From Prochlorothrix sp. (lineage in GTDB: Bacteria; Cyanobacteriota; Cyanobacteriia; Prochlorotrichales; Prochlorotrichaceae): a stretch of 64,000 bases of DNA. Location of the stretch: assembly GCA_035285005.1 (NCBI GenBank), contig JAYKIB010000093.1:190-64189 (forward strand), given 5' to 3'. The notes under the pieces were generated by a model, which had not been told where the DNA came from, did no database searches, and was given only the letters and a program-made list of their open reading frames with translations. Numbering within the stretch: position 1 is the first letter of the stretch; the number at the start of each line of letters is the position of its first letter. Shown here piece by piece: positions 20,554 through 31,799 of the stretch. Position numbers and translations under genes: made by a program.

Positions 20554-20696
20554 GGGTACCTCGATTAATAAGGCACCTCGAAAAATCAAAGTTTTTGCCC
20601 AGTGACCCGCCTAAAGGTCAAGATTGGGTTGTGCGGCGGAGCCGCACAACCCAATTAATCGAGGTGCTCATTAATGACTGATCAATCGAGGCACCC
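20554..20696. repeat. Family-1 composite cluster
   Basis: Four TIR-like ends (GGGTACCTCGATTAAT, GGCACCTCGAAAAATC, AATTAATCGAGGTGC, ATCAATCGAGGCACCC) plus the hairpin TTGGGTTGTGCGGCGGAGCCGCACAACCCAA. Confidence 0.8.
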
Positions 20697-20897
20697 CTAA
20701 AGATCACCGCAGCTTCGCCGCAGGTGGAGAGACCGACCATAGTAGACTGTAGGTCTTGTGATGGCAGCTGCCCAGTGACTGAGCACAGGCCCAGGAAATG
20801 AACCCCCACCGTGCGGAACAGTTCCCCTCTCCCCCTGTCTTAACCCAGCGGCTTGTTGCCATACCATCCCCACTCGCCGCTTAACAGAACTATCGCC

Positions 20898-21731
20898 ATG
20901 GGTTCCGCTGTTGTTATTGATCAGAACACCGATCGCCACAACTTCGATACTGCCGTTCTCCAAGCCTCCTACGATCGCCCTGTACTAGTGGACTTCTTCG
21001 CCACCTGGTGCGGTCCCTGCCAGATGCTTAAACCGGTGCTAGAACAGGTCATTCAGGACTATGACCTGGTGCTCGCTCAGGTGGACATTGACCAACACCC
21101 GGATCTAGCAACCCAGTACCAGGTCGATGGGGTGCCCGATGTGCGCGTGGTGATCCGGGGCGAGGTGCAACCCGGATTTGTAGGGATGTTACCGGAACCC
21201 AAAATTCGAGATTTTTTAGAGACGATCGGCCTGCAATCTCAGATTAAGGTGGCCCTGGCGGAGGTAGAAACCCTGATCCAAGACCAGCGCTACCCCGAGG
21301 CCAAAGCCAGTTTCGATCGCCTCTTTCAGCAATATCCCGGCCATGGTGCGGTCACACTGGCGGCCGCCCGTTTTTTGCTCCAGCTCCAACAGCCGTCGGA
21401 TGCCCTCAAGCTCCTGGAGACGATCGGTGTGAGCGATGAGCCCTACCACAGCCAAGCCCAGCCCCTCGTTGCCCAGGCCGAGTTTCACAGTTGGGCCACA
21501 CCGGAACCCGGGGCCAGCGATCAAGAACAGCGCTTTGCCCGGGGCGCGGCAGCAGTGGTAGCGGCGGACTACGAAGCTGCATTGGATATCTTCCTGGACC
21601 TGGTAGGAACCGATCGAACTTTTCGCCAGGACGGTGCCCGCAAAGCGATGGTCCGGGTTTTTGACCTGTTAGGCCCCACCCACCCATTGGTTCAGGCCTA
21701 CCGGAAGCGCTTGATGCAATTGCTCTATTAG
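20898..21731 (+). CDS. Thioredoxin-domain protein with a TPR-like C-terminal domain (YbbN/CnoX-like)
   Basis: VDFFATWCGPCQMLKP thioredoxin motif, then a helical repeat region. Start set at the ATG at 20898 (MGSAVVIDQ). Confidence 0.85.
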   Translation: MGSAVVIDQNTDRHNFDTAVLQASYDRPVLVDFFATWCGPCQMLKPVLEQVIQDYDLVLAQVDIDQHPDLATQYQVDGVPDVRVVIRGEVQPGFVGMLPEPKIRDFLETIGLQSQIKVALAEVETLIQDQRYPEAKASFDRLFQQYPGHGAVTLAAARFLLQLQQPSDALKLLETIGVSDEPYHSQAQPLVAQAEFHSWATPEPGASDQEQRFARGAAAVVAADYEAALDIFLDLVGTDRTFRQDGARKAMVRVFDLLGPTHPLVQAYRKRLMQLLY

Positions 21732-22180
21732 ATTGCTGCTAGATTGCTGCAAACATTGCGAGCCCTAGACACTCGGCTGAACAGATGTCCCAGCGCCGGC
21801 GTGCTTGTCCCCGTCGTCCGTCACCAGGGACCGTTTCCAGAGACCATCAAACATCATCAAACGGCGGTGGAGTCTAGCACCACCGCCCTACACATTGCTT
21901 TAACGAATGCGCCATACTAGACTGTGATCTCCCTCACATCTCACGGGCTTAAGCTGGAGGGGAGCCGCCCTGTGATCCAGGACTCCTCTGGGAAGTCGTT
22001 TCCCACGGCACGGGGGCTTCCCTCGCTACAATGTCCTCAGCAATGTCCTCAACACTGTCCTCACCAACGGGAGCGTCCCACTGGGAGCCAGGGGATGCGG
22101 GGTCGATCGGCCAAAGTTGAGATAGCCCCTCCAAGCAGTCCCTTGCCATAATGCATGGCAGCATTATGGCACCAGACCTA

Positions 22181-22292
22181 GAACACCTCGATGCACTGTG
22201 ACGAGCAGCCGAAGTCGCCCGCCCCACCCTTGGCAGCCCAGCCTTGATCTGACGGGGATGACTGGACTCAAACGAGGACTTTTCGAGGTGCC
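22181..22292. repeat. Degenerate family-1 element
   Basis: GAACACCTCGATGCA...AGCCGAAGTCGCC...ACTTTTCGAGGTGCC. The ends are recognisable but the hairpin has decayed. Confidence 0.5.
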
Positions 22293-22385
22293 TGTGGTCC
22301 CCATGTCTCCTGGGAAGCTTGCCCCCTCCATGCTGCTGGGTAATTGCTGTGAAGTGGTTATTGCAAAGTACTTTGGCGAAGTCCT

Positions 22386-25270
<2,885 letters not shown>

Positions 25271-25271
<1 letters not shown>

Positions 25272-25316
25272 GAGGATGTTTGAAAACTGTGGCCAAGGAC
25301 CGCCGTAGACCACGGC
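25271..25316. repeat. Family-2 MITE, left-end fragment starting at the histidine kinase stop codon
   Basis: AGAGGATGTTTGAAAACTGTGGCCAAGGACCGCCGTAGACCACGGC aligns with 5676-5718. Confidence 0.7.
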
Positions 25317-25403
25317 TTCAGTCCCATCTCCCTTTGGGCATGGGATCGCCCCCACAAAGTGGGGGCGATCCTCGAACAAGAGCGGTGGCGATAACGAACC
25401 CTC

Positions 25404-25520
25404 GGGCACCTCGAACAATACAGATTTTCACCACAGTTCCCACGGCAGCACCAGTTCCCACGGCAAAGTCAGAATTGGGTTGCGCGGCTTCGCCGCGCAA
25501 CCCAAGGAATCGAGGTGCCC
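25404..25520. repeat. Family-1 element with an internal duplication
   Basis: GGGCACCTCGAACAATACAGATTTTCACC...(AGTTCCCACGGCA x2)...TTGGGTTGCGCGGCTTCGCCGCGCAACCCAAGGAATCGAGGTGCCC. Confidence 0.85.
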
Positions 25521-25602
25521 TCAGCACAATCCAGCCTGCAAACTCCAATAAACCCCAATAAACTCCAGTAAACCCGCTCCTAAGACCCACAACACTAGCC
25601 CT

Positions 25603-27069
25603 ATGGCAGACTCCTTGTATCTTGTCCCGATCGCCTGTCCCCTCCTCCACAACCCCCAAGCCTGGTTTTCGACTTTGGATTTCCCAGCCGACTGGGTTGG
25701 GGTGCGACTGATTCAGGACCAGCGCCAAACCGTTCGCCTACAGGATAGTGCGCCCCGTCACCAGGGCGTGGAGATGCAGCAAGGGGCGATGGTCGAAGTG
25801 TTGGTGCAGGGCTTTTTGGGCTATGGAGCCACAACCCAGGTGACGGCAATAGGGCTCACCCAAGCGGCACAGCGGGCCTATGCTCAGGCCCTCGCCCTCG
25901 CCCACTGGGGGATTGCCTCCCAAACCGATCGAATTCGCCCCACCCTCACGGGCCAACATCGGGCACCCGCAAGCCAAGCCCTGAGTCTGGGGGAGACCGG
26001 CGACCTGTTACATCAAATTTGCCAAACCCTGAAGGTAGGGGACGCGATTGTCCAAACCGACGCAACGGCGGTTCATCTGGATCGCCAACAGTGGCTGTTC
26101 AGTAGCGCCGGTACGGACCTCTACCAAGAACATCGCAGCCTCACGACCCATTACGGGGCGATCGCGTCTACCGGGGATTGGGTGCAGTCCCGCACCGACA
26201 ATGGCTACTATGCGCGTACCTATCGGGGGGGCTGGGAGCAGGTGGAGGAGGCGCAGCTACTAGCACGAGTCCAGCGGGTGGGGGAAGAGGCGATCGCCCT
26301 CCTATCCGCGCCCAATTGCCCCACGGAGACAACAACTTTGGTGCTAGCACCGGACCAAATGTTGCTCCAAATCCATGAAAGTATTGGCCATCCGCTGGAA
26401 CTCGACCGCATTCTGGGGGATGAGCGCAACTATGCCGGCGGGAGCTTTGTGAAGCCCGAGGATTTTGGCCAACTGATCTATGGCTCACCCCTGATGACGG
26501 TCACCTTTGATCCCACAGTGGAGGAGGAAATCGCCAGCTATGGCGTGGATGATACGGGGACACCGGCCCACCGTGAAGTTTTGATCGATCGGGGGCGCTT
26601 AGTGCGCGGCTTGGGCGGCTTGGAAAGCCAGCAGCGCCTCCAGCAATCGGGGGTCGCCTGTGCGCGGGCCACATCTTGGAACCGGCCCCCGATCGATCGC
26701 ATGGCCAATCTCAATCTGGAACCCGGAAACCGCAGCCTAGGGGCATTGATTGGAGATATCGAGTCGGGTATTTTCATGCACACGAACCGATCCTGGTCCA
26801 TTGACGACCAACGCTATAAGTTTCAGTTTGGCTGTGAGCTAGCCTATGAAATTAAAGAAGGGGTCTTGGGGAAAATGCTACGAAATCCCAACTATCGATC
26901 GATTACGCCACAGTTTTGGCACAGTCTGGTGGATATTGGCGATGTCAGTACCTGTGAAACCTACGGATCACCCGTTTGCGGCAAAGGGGAGCCCAACCAG
27001 GTCATCAGTGTGGGCCATCGATCGCCGGTGTGTGTTTTTCGGGAGATCGAGGTGTTTGGGGGCGGTTAG
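25603..27069 (+). CDS. TldD/PmbA-family metalloprotease-like protein
   Basis: HESIGHPLELDR metal-binding motif and C-terminal GxC/GKG motifs (CGKGEPNQV) typical of TldD. Confidence 0.85.
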   Translation: MADSLYLVPIACPLLHNPQAWFSTLDFPADWVGVRLIQDQRQTVRLQDSAPRHQGVEMQQGAMVEVLVQGFLGYGATTQVTAIGLTQAAQRAYAQALALAHWGIASQTDRIRPTLTGQHRAPASQALSLGETGDLLHQICQTLKVGDAIVQTDATAVHLDRQQWLFSSAGTDLYQEHRSLTTHYGAIASTGDWVQSRTDNGYYARTYRGGWEQVEEAQLLARVQRVGEEAIALLSAPNCPTETTTLVLAPDQMLLQIHESIGHPLELDRILGDERNYAGGSFVKPEDFGQLIYGSPLMTVTFDPTVEEEIASYGVDDTGTPAHREVLIDRGRLVRGLGGLESQQRLQQSGVACARATSWNRPPIDRMANLNLEPGNRSLGALIGDIESGIFMHTNRSWSIDDQRYKFQFGCELAYEIKEGVLGKMLRNPNYRSITPQFWHSLVDIGDVSTCETYGSPVCGKGEPNQVISVGHRSPVCVFREIEVFGGG

Positions 27070-27080
27070 CCGAATCCAAG

Positions 27081-27140
27081 TCTCGGGGCTGTGTCCCTGA
27101 CTCTGAGGGCAGCCTAGGGTTACAGGATGACAGCCCCGAG
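27081..27140. repeat. Family-3 element, right-half hairpin directly after the tldD-like stop
   Basis: CTCGGGGCTGTGTCCCTGACTCTGAGGGCAGCCTAGGGTTACAGGATGACAGCCCCGAG. The ends pair with each other. Confidence 0.75.
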
Positions 27141-27307
27141 TAGACCACGGCTATCGATGCGGGGGTTTGCCCGAGTTGGGCCAGTCAATTAGGTCGCGAA
27201 CTGTGCTGTATGATGAAGCCTCTAAGTCTTTGCCCTGGCGATCGTTCCTCGGGTTGACTGAATATCCCCAGTTAAACGCCCCTAACGCCCCCTAACGCCC
27301 CATTATT

Positions 27308-27655
27308 ATGTTTCAAGTTGCCTTAACGACAGTTTTGATTCTATTTAGCGCAACCCTCAACACCTCGGCCCAAGTCCTACTGAAAACGGGCTCTGGCCAA
27401 GACAGCCCCATTAACCTCTGGGTGGCTTCGGGTCTAGCACTCTACGCCTTAAGTGCCGTGGTTTATATCGGGCTGTTGGGGCGCTTGAATTTATCGATGG
27501 TGTATCCCATTATCATTGGCCTAACAACGATCGCGACGATCGTGGCCGGAATGTTGGTGTTTCAAGAAAAAGTATCTTTCACGAGTTGGATTGGCGTAGG
27601 TCTTGTGATCGCCGGTATCTCTGCGATTACCCTGGGGCGGACTGTACAGGGGTAA
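27308..27655 (+). CDS. Small four-helix membrane protein, SMR/EamA (ArnE-like) superfamily
   Basis: 115 aa and almost entirely hydrophobic, with size and topology of the SMR/DMT half-transporter family. No diagnostic motif was checked. Confidence 0.55.
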   Translation: MFQVALTTVLILFSATLNTSAQVLLKTGSGQDSPINLWVASGLALYALSAVVYIGLLGRLNLSMVYPIIIGLTTIATIVAGMLVFQEKVSFTSWIGVGLVIAGISAITLGRTVQG

Positions 27656-27693
27656 AACCCAGGGGCTGCGCACCCAGCCAACTCAGCATGAAA

Positions 27694-28296
27694 CTAATCA
27701 TAACCGCGCCAGACACCCACCAAAATACCCTGTAACTCCACCTGATCGGCAGGCACTTCGATGGCGCTGTACTGGTGGTTGGCGGGTTCTAGGCGCACCA
27801 TGTTGCCAAAGCGGAAAAAGCGCTTGAGGGTATTCCCCGCGCCGGTGACCCGTGCCGCAACAATCTCGCCATCCCGAACTAAATCTGGCTGACGAATGGG
27901 TTTCATAATCACCACATCCCCATCCTGAATCAGTTCTTCAATCATGCTATCCCCATTCACGCGCAGGGCGTAGTAGGTAGGCTGCATGACAAGACTGTTA
28001 AAGTCTAAACGCTCCACGTCATCCGTGAAGGGTTCAATTAACGTACCCGCAGCAATTTCCCCAACGATCGGTACGCCTTGGTCCTCTAAAATCCGAATGG
28101 TTCGAGCTTTGCCTTCACTCCAGTCAATGTAGCCTTTGCGCTGGAGGTGTTTCAGGCGGCTTTGGACCGGTGCGGGAGATTTCAGCCCCATGGCATTCAT
28201 CATTTGACGAATAGAGGGGGGGTGCTGGTTCTCATGGATGTATTTGACGAGCCAGTCGTACAGCTGGCCCTGGGCGAAGGTGAGGGGGGGGAGCAT
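27694..28296 (-). CDS. lexA: SOS repressor LexA (cleavage-competent type)
   Basis: N-terminal wHTH (PSIRQMMNAMGLKSPAPVQSRLKHLQRKGYI), an Ala-Gly cleavage site in GEIAAGT, catalytic Ser in NGDSM and Lys in LKRF. Confidence 0.92.
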   Translation of the reverse strand: MLPPLTFAQGQLYDWLVKYIHENQHPPSIRQMMNAMGLKSPAPVQSRLKHLQRKGYIDWSEGKARTIRILEDQGVPIVGEIAAGTLIEPFTDDVERLDFNSLVMQPTYYALRVNGDSMIEELIQDGDVVIMKPIRQPDLVRDGEIVAARVTGAGNTLKRFFRFGNMVRLEPANHQYSAIEVPADQVELQGILVGVWRGYD

Positions 28297-28316
28297 GGCC
28301 TTGGAAGGATGAGTTT

Positions 28317-28360
28317 TGTACTTTTGTACTGCTATCTGTGTACATTCGTACCATAGTACG
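28317..28360. promoter_or_regulatory. Three LexA-box-like GTAC-N4-GTAC operators upstream of lexA
   Basis: tGTACttttGTACt (28317-28330), tGTACattcGTACc (28339-28352) and cGTACcataGTACg (28347-28360). The first two read on the minus strand as AGTACAAAAGTACA and GGTACGAATGTACA, each a 13/14 match to RGTACNNNDGTWCB. Confidence 0.6.
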
Positions 28361-28413
28361 TTTATTTTTGTCTAGCGATCCCACGCCGGTCACAGCGACG
28401 GCTGTTCGAGGTC

Positions 28414-28513
28414 GGGCACCTCGATGAATCTGAATTTTTGGGAGACAGCCCACGCAAAACTCAGGGTTTGTGTGGGGCGGCGAAACCACCCCACACAATT
28501 AATCGAGGTGTCC
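28414..28513. repeat. Family-1 variant (GGGAGACAGCCCACGCAAAA module + hairpin)
   Basis: GGGCACCTCGATGAATC...GGGAGACAGCCCACGCAAAACTCAGGGTTTGTGTGGGGCGGCGAAACCACCCCACACAATTAATCGAGGTGTCC. Confidence 0.85.
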
Positions 28514-28517
28514 TGAC

Positions 28518-29939
28518 CTAAATCTGGGGATACTCTCGGGAAATAATCACCAATGCATCCCCTAACTCCATCCTAGTATCTAGACTTGGATTAACCAAAA
28601 TTTTACGATCGTAGTCTGTACCTCGTTCGATCGCTACTAAAATTGCCCCATGGCGGCTTTGCAGCGTCTGGGAAATCTCTTGAAACGACAGGCTCGCCCA
28701 GGATGCCGGTAGATTGATTTTATAAAATTGGTTTCCAGTCTGGACCGTGAGCAGTTCCGCCAGCACTTCCACAGCCCCCAAATTACGGGCAGAGGTGGCG
28801 ATGAGGTGCCCCGCCAATTCATCGGTAATCACCACATCCTCAACCCCCGCGACCCGTAGTTGTACGTTATTTTTACGATCGAGCAATTGGGCACAGGTGT
28901 AGATCGTGGGGTTGAGCTTTTCGATCGTCAGCGCTGCTAGCACCGTCCGCGCATCCCGATCCTGATCACCACGGGGTTGGGTCGCATCCGCCAGCAAAAT
29001 TGCCCGAGATGCATGGTAAATCCCCACATTCTCCAGCACATCCAGGGTCGTGTAGTCCCCTTGGAAAAAGTACAGTTGAGACTGATTAAACGATCGGAGT
29101 TCTCGCTCCGGCACTTCAATATTTTCCGCCACAATCACCAGGGGCAAGTGTCGTAGCATCTGATCCGCCTGGAGTTCTTCCACTAACAGGTGACCACTGC
29201 GATTCCAGCCGCAAATAATAATATGGTCCTGTAGCTCATCGAGTTCCAACACACGCACCTCCATCACCGTTTTCAAGCGTTGCATCATCACAGCAGAAAC
29301 CACCCCCGTGAAGACCGCAAACATGGTCAGTCCCCCCGTGACCACCAGCAGAGCCATAAAGCGCCCCGCGTCCGTGGTGGGTTGGCCGCCGATCGGTTCC
29401 GCTGACACCAGGGTGAAAAAGCTCCACCAAAGGGCTTCACTCAGGGAATCAAACTGCTCATTCTCGCGCCCTTCCACCAAGTAAATCCCCAAAGCACCCA
29501 CCAAAATAATCAGCCCCATTACCAGGAGGAGGCCCAGTTGGGACCCAAGGGTTGTGGCGAGGGTATAGGAAAAGCGACTGAGGCTGCGATTGAGCAGAAT
29601 CCCGACTCGGAGCAGGCGCAGGAGGCGCAGGAGGCGCAGAATCCGAAAGGCCGGGGAAAAGGGGAGGATAGCGATGATATCCAGCCAGTACTGACGGAAG
29701 AATCGCTTCTTACGGCGGGCAACCGCGTAGCGACAGGTTAACTCCACCAGAAAAATGCTAGAAATCAGATGATCAATGTGCTTAAAGGAGCCGGCAGTCC
29801 AAGATCCAGCTCCCATCGCGACTTCTAGGATCACCAAGCTGACGGAGACTAAAATTAGCAGAATCAACGCTAACTCAGTGGCGGGGGCATGGATAAAGCG
29901 ATCGATGCGCTCCATCCACCTACTGCGATTCTGCAACAT
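28518..29939 (-). CDS. Six-TM ion-channel protein with an S4-like arginine repeat and C-terminal RCK/TrkA domains; non-canonical pore loop
   Basis: RILRLLRLLRLLRVG S4-like helix. The pore region ALWWSFFTLVSAEPIGGQPTTDAGR lacks T[VI]GYG. RCK-like segment IIICGWNRSGHLLVEEL. Confidence 0.8.
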   Translation of the reverse strand: MLQNRSRWMERIDRFIHAPATELALILLILVSVSLVILEVAMGAGSWTAGSFKHIDHLISSIFLVELTCRYAVARRKKRFFRQYWLDIIAILPFSPAFRILRLLRLLRLLRVGILLNRSLSRFSYTLATTLGSQLGLLLVMGLIILVGALGIYLVEGRENEQFDSLSEALWWSFFTLVSAEPIGGQPTTDAGRFMALLVVTGGLTMFAVFTGVVSAVMMQRLKTVMEVRVLELDELQDHIIICGWNRSGHLLVEELQADQMLRHLPLVIVAENIEVPERELRSFNQSQLYFFQGDYTTLDVLENVGIYHASRAILLADATQPRGDQDRDARTVLAALTIEKLNPTIYTCAQLLDRKNNVQLRVAGVEDVVITDELAGHLIATSARNLGAVEVLAELLTVQTGNQFYKINLPASWASLSFQEISQTLQSRHGAILVAIERGTDYDRKILVNPSLDTRMELGDALVIISREYPQI

Positions 29940-30066
29940 GGTGGGGGGTGGACCCTAGGACGGCGATGTTAGGAGAGGGGGGACGGGGCAGCAGCCGGCG
30001 GCCGAGAGTATTGCCCCATCTAGGGCAGGGCCTCGTCCAGAGCGTTGCCCAGCCTGAGAGGAATCG

Positions 30067-30198
30067 CCCTAGGACGTGTCATCAATTCACTGGAGGAACC
30101 TTACAGTCTCGAAGTGACACACCCGACCCAGTGGTATGAGTAGAGGCTGTGTCCCCAATTCTAAGGGCATTCCAGTGCCACAGGATGACAGCCCCTAG
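30067..30198. repeat. Family-3 MITE, full copy (TIR CCTAGG(A/G)CGTGTCATC / GATGACAGCCCCTAG)
   Basis: CCCTAGGACGTGTCATCAATTCACTGGAGGAACCTTACAG...GAGGCTGTGTCCCCAATTCTAAGGGCATTCC...GGATGACAGCCCCTAG. Confidence 0.8.
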
Positions 30199-30896
30199 AG
30201 CAGGACAAAGTCGGAGAAAGTGAAGATTTGGGTGACGGGGCCATCGGCAGTCTCGGTGGTGATGCGACGTTCACAGAGGAGTTGGTAGCCACCCACCTCG
30301 ACGTAATTATCTTCAAACTCACTGCGTCCCCCCTTCGCCTCCCCGGTTTGGGGATCATGGTAAACAGAGTCGTAGCGGTGGGAGAGATAGCCCTGGGCCG
30401 TTTTATGACTGCTGAAGGTGTTGATGGTGACAACAATGCCATGAATATGGCGGTGGACCAGGCACACTTCGTTGTCACGAATTTTGTAGCGATCGCCCTC
30501 AGCCTTACCACCCATGAGGATTTCCTGGGCACCGGTATCATCCACAGCCCCAAAGCTGAAGGTGTTGTGGCCATGGGTTTCGGCAAAGGTGCGACGAACA
30601 CGGTGGATTGCCACTTCATGGATTTGGCCGTGGATCAGCTTTTGGACCTCTTCATCCTCAATGCCTGTAACAGAGGGTTGGAATTTCGCCGTGATCTGCA
30701 CTTGTCCGCTATAGTGTTTGTCCCCTTGGCGATAGGTGACGTTAGCCCGGTAACCGGGGAAGGTTTTGTCCCAGGTGTAGCGGTTTTCGTAGGCCGCCTG
30801 GAACAAATCCTGGGCACTGGCCTGGGGGGATGTGGGGGTCTGACTTTGGGGTTGCTCAGGGGCGATGGGGGATTGGGCGGTTTCGACGCTAACCAT
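30195..30896 (-). CDS. DUF3386 family protein (conserved in cyanobacteria and plastid lineages)
   Basis: FQAAYENRYTWDKTFPGYRANV and the overall beta-rich sequence are recognisable as DUF3386. The stop codon lies inside the terminal CTAG of a family-3 repeat. Confidence 0.72.
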   Translation of the reverse strand: MVSVETAQSPIAPEQPQSQTPTSPQASAQDLFQAAYENRYTWDKTFPGYRANVTYRQGDKHYSGQVQITAKFQPSVTGIEDEEVQKLIHGQIHEVAIHRVRRTFAETHGHNTFSFGAVDDTGAQEILMGGKAEGDRYKIRDNEVCLVHRHIHGIVVTINTFSSHKTAQGYLSHRYDSVYHDPQTGEAKGGRSEFEDNYVEVGGYQLLCERRITTETADGPVTQIFTFSDFVLL

Positions 30897-30984
30897 ATCG
30901 TTCTCCTAACATCTAATGAGGAGTCAAGGGCTGTTTGCTTTGCCATCCTAGGGTAGCGCTTTCCGGGGGCCTTGGGCTACGGGG

Positions 30985-31665
30985 TTAGGGCAGGGACGTT
31001 GTTTCGGGCAGCAGAACCTCCAGCCACAGATCGGCAAAGCGATCGAGTCCTGCGGTGGAGAAGTGGGCACCATCGTAGCGATAGTCCGATCCGAGCATGT
31101 CCGTATCCGGCCCTCGGTAAACACCGGGATCCTGGGTTAGTTCCCGTTGGGCACGGCGGAGGGGTTCGTGGCGATCGAGCTCTTGGAAACGCGTGGCTAA
31201 ACAGAGGTAAATGGGGGCCGTAATGCCCATCGCCCGCAGGGCTTGGACAAGCTGGCGAAAACGCTGTTGGTACAGAGCTGGGGGCGTATTCCAGGTGTAA
31301 GCATCCGCTTCACCCTGGTGCCACAACACATGGGTGGGCCCGAGATTCGCTTGGTGCAGTTGGGCGATCGTAGGGGGAATGCGATCGTAGAGGTCTCCCC
31401 CCGGAACCCATTGGGCGATGGCGGATCCACCCCTGGCCAAGGGAACCCAAATGACGCGATTGTAAAAACCCGAAGCCAACAGTCGATCGCCCAGGCGAGT
31501 CCACACACTGCCCCCGTCACCATCAGCACCGGGAAGGGGATCGGCGGCGGGGATCAGGGTGCCGTTATGGAAGCTCCAGACCCCGGGGCGCGATCGGTGG
31601 CGAGTTTCGCCATAGTTGGCCGCATTGGATTGGCCCAGAATTAAGCCGATCAAGGATTGGTCCAT
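30985..31665 (-). CDS. Sialate O-acetylesterase-like / SGNH-type carbohydrate esterase (DUF303-like)
   Basis: GQSNAANYG near the N-terminus and WHQGEAD. Start set at the ATG at 31665 (MDQSLIG). The longer ORF runs through a 17-bp inverted repeat. Confidence 0.6.
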   Translation of the reverse strand: MDQSLIGLILGQSNAANYGETRHRSRPGVWSFHNGTLIPAADPLPGADGDGGSVWTRLGDRLLASGFYNRVIWVPLARGGSAIAQWVPGGDLYDRIPPTIAQLHQANLGPTHVLWHQGEADAYTWNTPPALYQQRFRQLVQALRAMGITAPIYLCLATRFQELDRHEPLRRAQRELTQDPGVYRGPDTDMLGSDYRYDGAHFSTAGLDRFADLWLEVLLPETTSLP

Positions 31666-31717
31666 CCAGGATGTATCCGTGCAAGGGAATAACAACAGCG
31701 GCTCACACTTCGGTGAG

Positions 31718-31754
31718 ACAGGATGGACTCCGCCTCCGGCGGAGTCCATCCTGT
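31718..31754. repeat. Perfect 17-bp inverted repeat with a 3-nt loop
   Basis: ACAGGATGGACTCCGCC-TCC-GGCGGAGTCCATCCTGT. No T-run on either side. Lies 53 nt upstream of the esterase-like gene start. Confidence 0.85.
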
Positions 31755-31799
31755 GAGATCCATCACTCAAGACAACCAATACAACGGAAACCGCTAGGG

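Noticed and set aside
22145-22170. A 10-bp perfect inverted repeat GCCATAATGC-ATGGCA-GCATTATGGC upstream of the hybrid kinase gene, considered as a terminator
   Set aside because: There is no T-run on either strand and no upstream gene ending nearby. It might be an operator, but I have no supporting evidence.
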